Source of the DNA: Candidatus Uhrbacteria bacterium
GTDB lineage: Bacteria; Patescibacteriota; Patescibacteriia; UBA9934; GWF2-40-263
DNA: 64,000 bases
Direction: 5' to 3'
Assembly: GCA_016205975.1 (NCBI GenBank)
Contig: JACQSK010000021.1
Coordinates: forward strand, 106,593 to 170,592
Shown here: piece by piece, positions 58,740 to 64,000 of the stretch
Position numbering within the stretch: the first letter of the stretch is position 1
Layout: every line of letters starts with the position of its first letter
Notes under the pieces: model-generated
Seen by the model: only the letters and a program-made list of their open reading frames with translations
Databases searched by the model: none
Told to the model about the DNA's origin: nothing
Made by a program: the position numbers and the translations under genes

Positions 58740-59891
58740 ATGCCCATTCGCAAGCCCGGCGCCGGCCCCTCCTCGCGGATCCCGCGCCGCAAGGTGCTGG
58801 AGGCCGCGCGTCGATTCTACCTGCACGGGGAGACCCAGACCGCGATCGCCGCGGACCTCGGGGTCTCGAACTCCTACTTGGCGCGGCTCTTGAAGGACGC
58901 GCGCGAGCAGGGCTGGGTGAAGATCATCGTGGACAGCGACCGGGAGACGGAACTCGCGGCGGCGCTCATGGCCAAGTACCCCCACCTCGTCCACTGCGAG
59001 GTGGTGCCGACCGGGAGTACGCCCGAGGACACGGCGCGGGCGATCGGGACGGCGATGGCGAACTGGTTCGACGAGTTGCTCGACCGGGACGAGGAGTCCG
59101 CCGACCCACAGGTTCGCAAGGTGGCGATCGGAGGCGCGTGGCCCCACCAGTTCATGGTCGACGCCGTGGTGCGCCGGCGGAACCGGGTCTCGGTCGGGCC
59201 CACCGCGCTCACGCCGTCACCGGCGAGGATGGACCGGTACACCGCCCCGGTGGTGGCCGCGAAGCTCGCGGACCGCCTGGGGGCGCTCGGGGCGGGCTCG
59301 GCCACGCCGCCGGGAAGCTCGCGGACCGGCTTCCTCTACTCCCCGACGTTCAAGCCGCCCCGCGACAGCTTGCCGGCGCTCCAACGGTTCTTCGAGGACA
59401 TCAAAAAAGACCCGGACTACCGGGCCATGCTGGACTTCTGGATGGACGTGGACGTGGCGTTCCTGAGCGTGGTCGCGCCGCAGTGGCGGTACTCGGACGT
59501 GCACGACCGGCTCTCGGCGCTAGGGCTCTCCACGCAGAATCTCATCGACCGCGGCGCGACGGCCGTGGTGGCGAACCGGTTCCTGGACGGCAACGGCCGA
59601 GACGTCCCGCTTGCCGAGGGAGTGCCGTCCTACGAGGTGGCGATGCCGACCGAGGCGATCCGGGCGGTGATGGAACGGCACGCCGCGAGCGGGGGGAGGC
59701 GCGGGTTCGTGGTGCTGGATGCTTGGGGGGAGCCTGGTGTCGGCGGGCGGACACTCTTGCAGGCGGGCGTAGTGAACATCCTGCTCTGCGATGCATCAAC
59801 GGGGGTTCAAATCGCTTCACCGCCGAGACCTGAGCACGTCCAAGCGCGGCCGTCTCCATCTACTCAATCTGATCTACCCCGTCGTCCCTAA
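58740..59891 (+). CDS. SorC/DeoR-like transcriptional regulator (N-terminal HTH + sugar-binding-like domain)
   Basis: TQTAIAADLGVSNSYLARLLKDAREQGWVKI is an HTH. Divergent from the E1/E2/JAB operon. C-terminal extent uncertain. Confidence 0.5.
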   Translation: MPIRKPGAGPSSRIPRRKVLEAARRFYLHGETQTAIAADLGVSNSYLARLLKDAREQGWVKIIVDSDRETELAAALMAKYPHLVHCEVVPTGSTPEDTARAIGTAMANWFDELLDRDEESADPQVRKVAIGGAWPHQFMVDAVVRRRNRVSVGPTALTPSPARMDRYTAPVVAAKLADRLGALGAGSATPPGSSRTGFLYSPTFKPPRDSLPALQRFFEDIKKDPDYRAMLDFWMDVDVAFLSVVAPQWRYSDVHDRLSALGLSTQNLIDRGATAVVANRFLDGNGRDVPLAEGVPSYEVAMPTEAIRAVMERHAASGGRRGFVVLDAWGEPGVGGRTLLQAGVVNILLCDASTGVQIASPPRPEHVQARPSPSTQSDLPRRP

Positions 59892-60759
59892 CCCAAGAGC
59901 ACCAAATGATGCGCACGAGCACGAGCCCAGATACCGTTGCCAGCGTGAACAGAACGATCGCGACTCCTTTTCCCTTGACCGCAAGAGCAGCCAGCCAGAC
60001 CAACAGTGCAGCAACGGCAACGGCAATCACTCCGACAACCAAGCAGATAAGAAAGACGATGCTCCAGAAGCCCTTTTTCAGCACGCCATAACCAGGCCAC
60101 TTCTTCTTTTGCTCTTCGGCGACTGCGTTGAAGGCGACAAAAAACAGCTCAAACCACCGTTCGACATCAGGGACCATCCACTCGTATATCTCCAGTGCAT
60201 GCACCCAACACCACCACCCCGCGGCCCCGAAGGCAAGCGAGAGCGAGGCCGTTGCGAACTCAAACCCCCCCCACGTTTCCATGCCGGGTGCCCTGGTCCT
60301 CTGTCTGACTGTGCGTGTAGTTCCGACATGAACGGCCGGTCGTGCAGGGGCGGGCTGGGACGCGGTCGCGGCGACAGAGCTCGGCGGCGGGGTCATCCTC
60401 ACGGCGGGCTCTTCGGTCGGGCTCGGAGGTCGCTTCATCCGCCAGACTTCCTCGAACGCGACCACCGCGTCCAACGCGCCGGCTTCCGTCGGCACGCGGC
60501 CATCATGCATCACGCGGTTCCGCACGAACGTCGCGGCTTGTAGGTCGTGCTCAAGGGTCGTCCCAAACACTTTTTCGGCGACGCGCTCCGCCCACGCCCA
60601 GAACGGCTCTGTACCGCCGTCGTCGGAGGCGCCCCGTTCGCATCCTGCCCTCTTCAGAGCCAGCTCGGCCTTGGTATACCCATCGAGGACTGCATGGCGG
60701 CGGTGATCCTCGTCGCCTAGTGTCCATTGTTTCAGCGTATGCCAGGCCGGCAAGCTCAT
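59860..60759 (-). CDS. HEPN-motif protein fused or linked to a C-terminal multi-TM domain
   Basis: VRNRVMHDG fits the Rx4-6H HEPN motif. Pro-rich linker. C-terminal TM helices in lower-GC (about 50%) DNA. May be two genes. Confidence 0.4.
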   Translation of the reverse strand: MSLPAWHTLKQWTLGDEDHRRHAVLDGYTKAELALKRAGCERGASDDGGTEPFWAWAERVAEKVFGTTLEHDLQAATFVRNRVMHDGRVPTEAGALDAVVAFEEVWRMKRPPSPTEEPAVRMTPPPSSVAATASQPAPARPAVHVGTTRTVRQRTRAPGMETWGGFEFATASLSLAFGAAGWWCWVHALEIYEWMVPDVERWFELFFVAFNAVAEEQKKKWPGYGVLKKGFWSIVFLICLVVGVIAVAVAALLVWLAALAVKGKGVAIVLFTLATVSGLVLVRIIWCSWVRDDGVDQIE

Positions 60760-61037
60760 CGTGGCTCTCGGTATCCCTCTCGGGTTGCTCGGTAGTCCAG
60801 CCAATCAGCCCGGCTGATGCCCGCAGCATCCATCACCAGGTGATTCCACTCGTAGATCATTTTTTCAAGTCGCGACAATGGAGCGGACACGTCGGGGCGC
60901 TCCCTCACGTCGTGGGGGATCTCGCTGAACGTGCTGATCGTCGTCTCGTGCAAATCGTAGATCCTCCGAGAAATATCGCGGAGTCGCTCCTTGGACGACT
61001 CCGGGCCAGGTCCGGACTCGTGTCGCGAAGTTGGCAT
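60756..61037 (-). CDS. hypothetical small protein upstream of the HEPN gene
   Basis: Stop overlaps the HEPN start. AT-rich promoter-like DNA upstream (61040-61100). Confidence 0.35.
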   Translation of the reverse strand: MPTSRHESGPGPESSKERLRDISRRIYDLHETTISTFSEIPHDVRERPDVSAPLSRLEKMIYEWNHLVMDAAGISRADWLDYRATREGYREPR

Positions 61038-61247
61038 ACAAGGTTGTTTAGATGTGAATTATTCTGAAGTAACTCTACCAAGCACGAGCCGGTGTTGTAA
61101 AGCGCAGACGGCCCCGCCACTGACGACCTGACTGGTGGGTTCTGTGGCACGGGCGAGCTTGCCGGAGCAGCAGCACCCATCATTGGACACCCCGACTCTA
61201 GCGTTGCTCGCACCGTCGAGGGCACAGCGAACGACGACGGGTTCAGC

Positions 61248-61463
61248 GTGGAGGGCGCCGAGGCCACGGACATCGAGCTCGACGCCGACGGCTACCCGGA
61301 CTGCCTCGTGGGCAGCGAGATCGACATCGAGCTGCTGATCGTCGACGGCGACTCCCTCCAGGGGCAGGCAATCCTCCGCACCGAGTCCTTCGACGAGGAC
61401 ACGTGCCCTGTGGCGCCCGAAACCTGCGACATCGTCATGGACATCGTCGCCGAGCGCCAGTAG
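61248..61463 (+). CDS. small acidic protein
   Basis: 71-aa ORF (DIELDADGYPDCLVGSEIDIELLIVDGD...). Weak evidence. Confidence 0.2.
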   Translation: MEGAEATDIELDADGYPDCLVGSEIDIELLIVDGDSLQGQAILRTESFDEDTCPVAPETCDIVMDIVAERQ

Positions 61464-61676
61464 CGCCACCGGAGCATAGGGTCGTCGGGCCCGGCGACGT
61501 CGAGACCTGCGGCGCGTGCGAGAGCGACGTGCGGAGGTGAACGGAGATCAGGACGGCCGGCTGCTGCGGCGCCCGCCGTTCGACCGCGAGACCCATGATC
61601 CCGGGCGTCCTGCCCTGGGCGGCGCTGGCAGGAGTGCCGGCGCCACGCGGCGATGCAGCCCACGTCGCCTCGGTAT

Positions 61677-62102
61677 CTACGCCCCTCGCAGGTACTCCAC
61701 GATGTCGTGTGCTCGGGCCTCGTAGAACGAAGCAGGCTGCCCCGGATTCACGCGCACCGTGAAGACAGAGAACCCTTGCCTCTCCAACGCGGTTATGAGG
61801 GGCGTGTAGAGCGACCCCGGCTCCTCTGGCGGGCGCGCTGCGCAGACCAAGTAGGTGAAGTGCCCGTACCGAGCGATGAAGGCATCAGTACTGGCTACGC
61901 GCCTCTCCTCAAGCGTCTGCGAGAGAACGGCACCGTTGGGAACTCGCTCTTCCAGCGATTGCGAGAGCACGGCGCCCGTCCGCGCATCGAGCAGAAACCG
62001 CCGAGCGCGCGATGAAATCCGCAGCAATGGCTTCAGGAACTCCCTAAGCGTCCTGCTTTTCCCAGAGTGGTGGGGGCCCACCACGATGGCCGCTCGCTTC
62101 AT
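61677..62102 (-). CDS. small P-loop NTPase-like protein
   Basis: Walker A GPHHSGKS. Internal duplication VLSQSLEERV / VLSQTLEERR. GAGGAG RBS. Confidence 0.4.
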   Translation of the reverse strand: MKRAAIVVGPHHSGKSRTLREFLKPLLRISSRARRFLLDARTGAVLSQSLEERVPNGAVLSQTLEERRVASTDAFIARYGHFTYLVCAARPPEEPGSLYTPLITALERQGFSVFTVRVNPGQPASFYEARAHDIVEYLRGA

Positions 62103-62541
62103 GGGTCTCGCTCCTCGCTCTCGCATCTTGGTGTCCGTATCATGGCCGGCCGCGCAGCACGCCCGCCGTCTCCCACATGGCGTCACTCGGGGCGACAAGG
62201 CGACGCGCGGGCTCATTCAGGTGGGCGTCCTCCTCCGCCTTTCGGTGCTCGACCACGTTGTCATCGCCAGCGACACCTATGCGTCTCTGGCGGCGAGCGT
62301 CATGGACGAGGCGCCGTACCCGGTGCTCGGGGTGGCGTGAACTCAGACCTCTCCGTCTCGGTAGAGGTTTTTCATTTCCAGAGTCTCGGCAGGCGCTCAT
62401 CGCGCGCGCTCCTCTCGAAGCTTCGCAGGACACGCTCGGTCGTCTGGAGGCCGCCATGATCGTGAAGCTCCCATCCAGCGTCGTGTCCTACGGCCTCCCG
62501 ACTACCAAGCGCACACCGCGACGGCAGGGCTCGCGCTCCTG

Positions 62542-63612
62542 CTATCGTCCCCGAAAAGCGTCCCCGTCCTCGTCGAAGTACTCGGTCTCCTCGTCGTCCT
62601 CGTCCTCACCCCCGTCGTCGTCGAGATCGAGGAACTCGTGGATCAGGTACATCTTGAGGCGACCGGAGCGACTCTGGAGTTCCGATCCGAAGAAGGACAC
62701 CTCAACACGCGGGCCCTTCGGGTCGGTCGCGAACCGTTGCAGGCTCGCGGCGACCTGGGCGATTTCGTTGCTCCCGCGGGCCTTCTCGTCGATCACGAAT
62801 GGGATCGGTCGCTGCTTGCCTGGAACGTAGACCCGGCCCTTGAATGTATTGGCGTTGTAGCTGGTGATCACTCCGTCATCCACGCGGATCCCGTCTACGC
62901 GATTCGTGTGCTGGAGGTACTCGGCGGTCGCGGCGGTCAACTCCTGACCGATCAGGAGTTGTTGTCCTTCCACCTGCGCGAGGAGTCGAGCCCGCTCGGC
63001 GGTCCCGGTCTCGAAGATCGGCCTGTGGACGTTCAGCACCGCCACCTCGACCTTCTCGGCGATGCTGTCGATCTGGGCGTCCCGGAGGACATGGGGCATC
63101 GCCGTGTCGGGAAGCCCGGCGTCACGCAGCTTCTGCTTGTATTCCTGGTAGCTCGCCAACAGCGGCTTTTCATAGTCCACGTCGAAGCCGAGGGTCGTCT
63201 TGATCACGGCGTGGTAGGCGGAGAAGAGGACGTGGCCGAGCGGGTTGTCCCTCCCCGTTGTGGTGAGCGCGAACGCCGCGCCCACGACCCCCGCAGTCCC
63301 GGTGCCGACGAGTCCCAGCACGGCCACCACCAGCTCCCAACTCCCCGGAGTCGGCGGTCGAGCGCGGATCGAGGCTCCTTTCAAGGCTGGAGCCTGCGTG
63401 ATGATTTCCCCGTTGAGGACGGCGTGTGTGGTGATGGCGAGGGTCCGGTGGAGCCCCTGCATCGCGACGGACACGTCGTAGAGGTCGAGTTCCTGTCGGG
63501 AGGCGTCGGCCCCGTCGAAGCTCAACTTCAACCATAGGAGCGGGCGGTTCGACTGTATGATTGCCACGGCGCGACTCCTCAGATCAGATGCCACGCGACG
63601 TAGCAGGGTCAC
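62542..63612 (-). CDS. hypothetical protein with poly-acidic C-terminal tail
   Basis: 356-aa ORF ending DDDGGEDEDDEETEYFDEDGD. Confidence 0.4.
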   Translation of the reverse strand: MTLLRRVASDLRSRAVAIIQSNRPLLWLKLSFDGADASRQELDLYDVSVAMQGLHRTLAITTHAVLNGEIITQAPALKGASIRARPPTPGSWELVVAVLGLVGTGTAGVVGAAFALTTTGRDNPLGHVLFSAYHAVIKTTLGFDVDYEKPLLASYQEYKQKLRDAGLPDTAMPHVLRDAQIDSIAEKVEVAVLNVHRPIFETGTAERARLLAQVEGQQLLIGQELTAATAEYLQHTNRVDGIRVDDGVITSYNANTFKGRVYVPGKQRPIPFVIDEKARGSNEIAQVAASLQRFATDPKGPRVEVSFFGSELQSRSGRLKMYLIHEFLDLDDDGGEDEDDEETEYFDEDGDAFRGR

Positions 63613-64000
63613 ATCCTGACGGCCACGGAGCCACCCTGACGTCGGCGGGAGGGAGTCCGATTTTGTCCACTCCGCGTCGCGGGCCTCCGGACACGGACTC
63701 GTCGAACAGTGTCACGTCCAGTTGACGGACTGGAACCGATGCCCTCCCGGCGGCCCACCTCAGGGTGCGCGCCGAGCGCAAGCATATTCGGATCGAGGTC
63801 GTGCGGAGGGCGCCCGCACGCTACGTTGTCTTTCGGAGTTCACATGATGCTGCGCAAGAAATGGATGCTCCGCCCCGTCGCCCACTGCCCCGGCGGTGGC
63901 TGACGACGACCAAGCGTCTCCCGACAGCAAGGACCCCTCCCGCTCGCGCAGGAAGGGCTCGTTGTCGTCCACGCCGACGAGGATGAGCGGCGCCCGCGCG

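Noticed and set aside
63760-63999. Partial ORFs at the right edge
   Set aside because: Too short and compositionally ambiguous to assign a strand or frame.

Overview
High-GC window (about 58-62% GC in the first ~20 kb, about 68-75% afterwards). Lower-GC islets lie at ~26.9-28.7 kb, ~37.9-38.7 kb and ~59.9-62.4 kb. Several proteins carry the Cys/Asp-rich 'putative metal-binding motif' repeats (DCDDxDxxxxPxAxExCDGxDNDCDG) and FG-GAP lipoprotein architecture typical of Myxococcales, so the host is probably a myxobacterium-like deltaproteobacterium; this is an inference. The window looks mosaic. (1) 0-20.6 kb is a phage-like or island region of short + strand operons separated by hairpin+T-run terminators followed by TTGAC -35-like boxes. 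It contains a prepilin-like protein, an operon encoding a JAB/MPN peptidase, an E1-like ThiF/MoeB enzyme and a ThiS/MoaD-like beta-grasp protein ending in Gly-Gly (13.4-17.5 kb), RuvC, and an atypical tRNA-like element. (2) 21-31 kb holds secreted or lipoproteins and a XerC/D-like tyrosine recombinase. (3) 31.5-37.4 kb is a c-di-GMP signalling cluster (two PilZ proteins, a REC-GGDEF-EAL protein and a GGDEF protein), preceded by a dense cluster of perfect palindromes. (4) 38.9-41.5 kb encodes an alpha/beta-hydrolase fused to a caspase-like peptidase, followed by a membrane coiled-coil partner. (5) 42.2-45.3 kb is a 1035-aa repeat lipoprotein. (6) 46.6-58.6 kb looks like an integrative or conjugative module: a split tRNA-like site, a phage-type integrase, an Xis-like HTH, a Replic_Relax protein and a coupling-type P-loop ATPase. 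It also carries a second, complete operon encoding E1, a Ubl, a UBC-like E2 and a JAB peptidase (54.9-57.7 kb). (7) 59.9-62.1 kb is a lower-GC islet with a HEPN-motif/TM protein and small partners. The two ubiquitin-like conjugation-type operons are the most interesting candidates for an undescribed system. Start coordinates were set by hand from RBS and Met positions and may be off by a few nt. No rRNA or CRISPR array was found.
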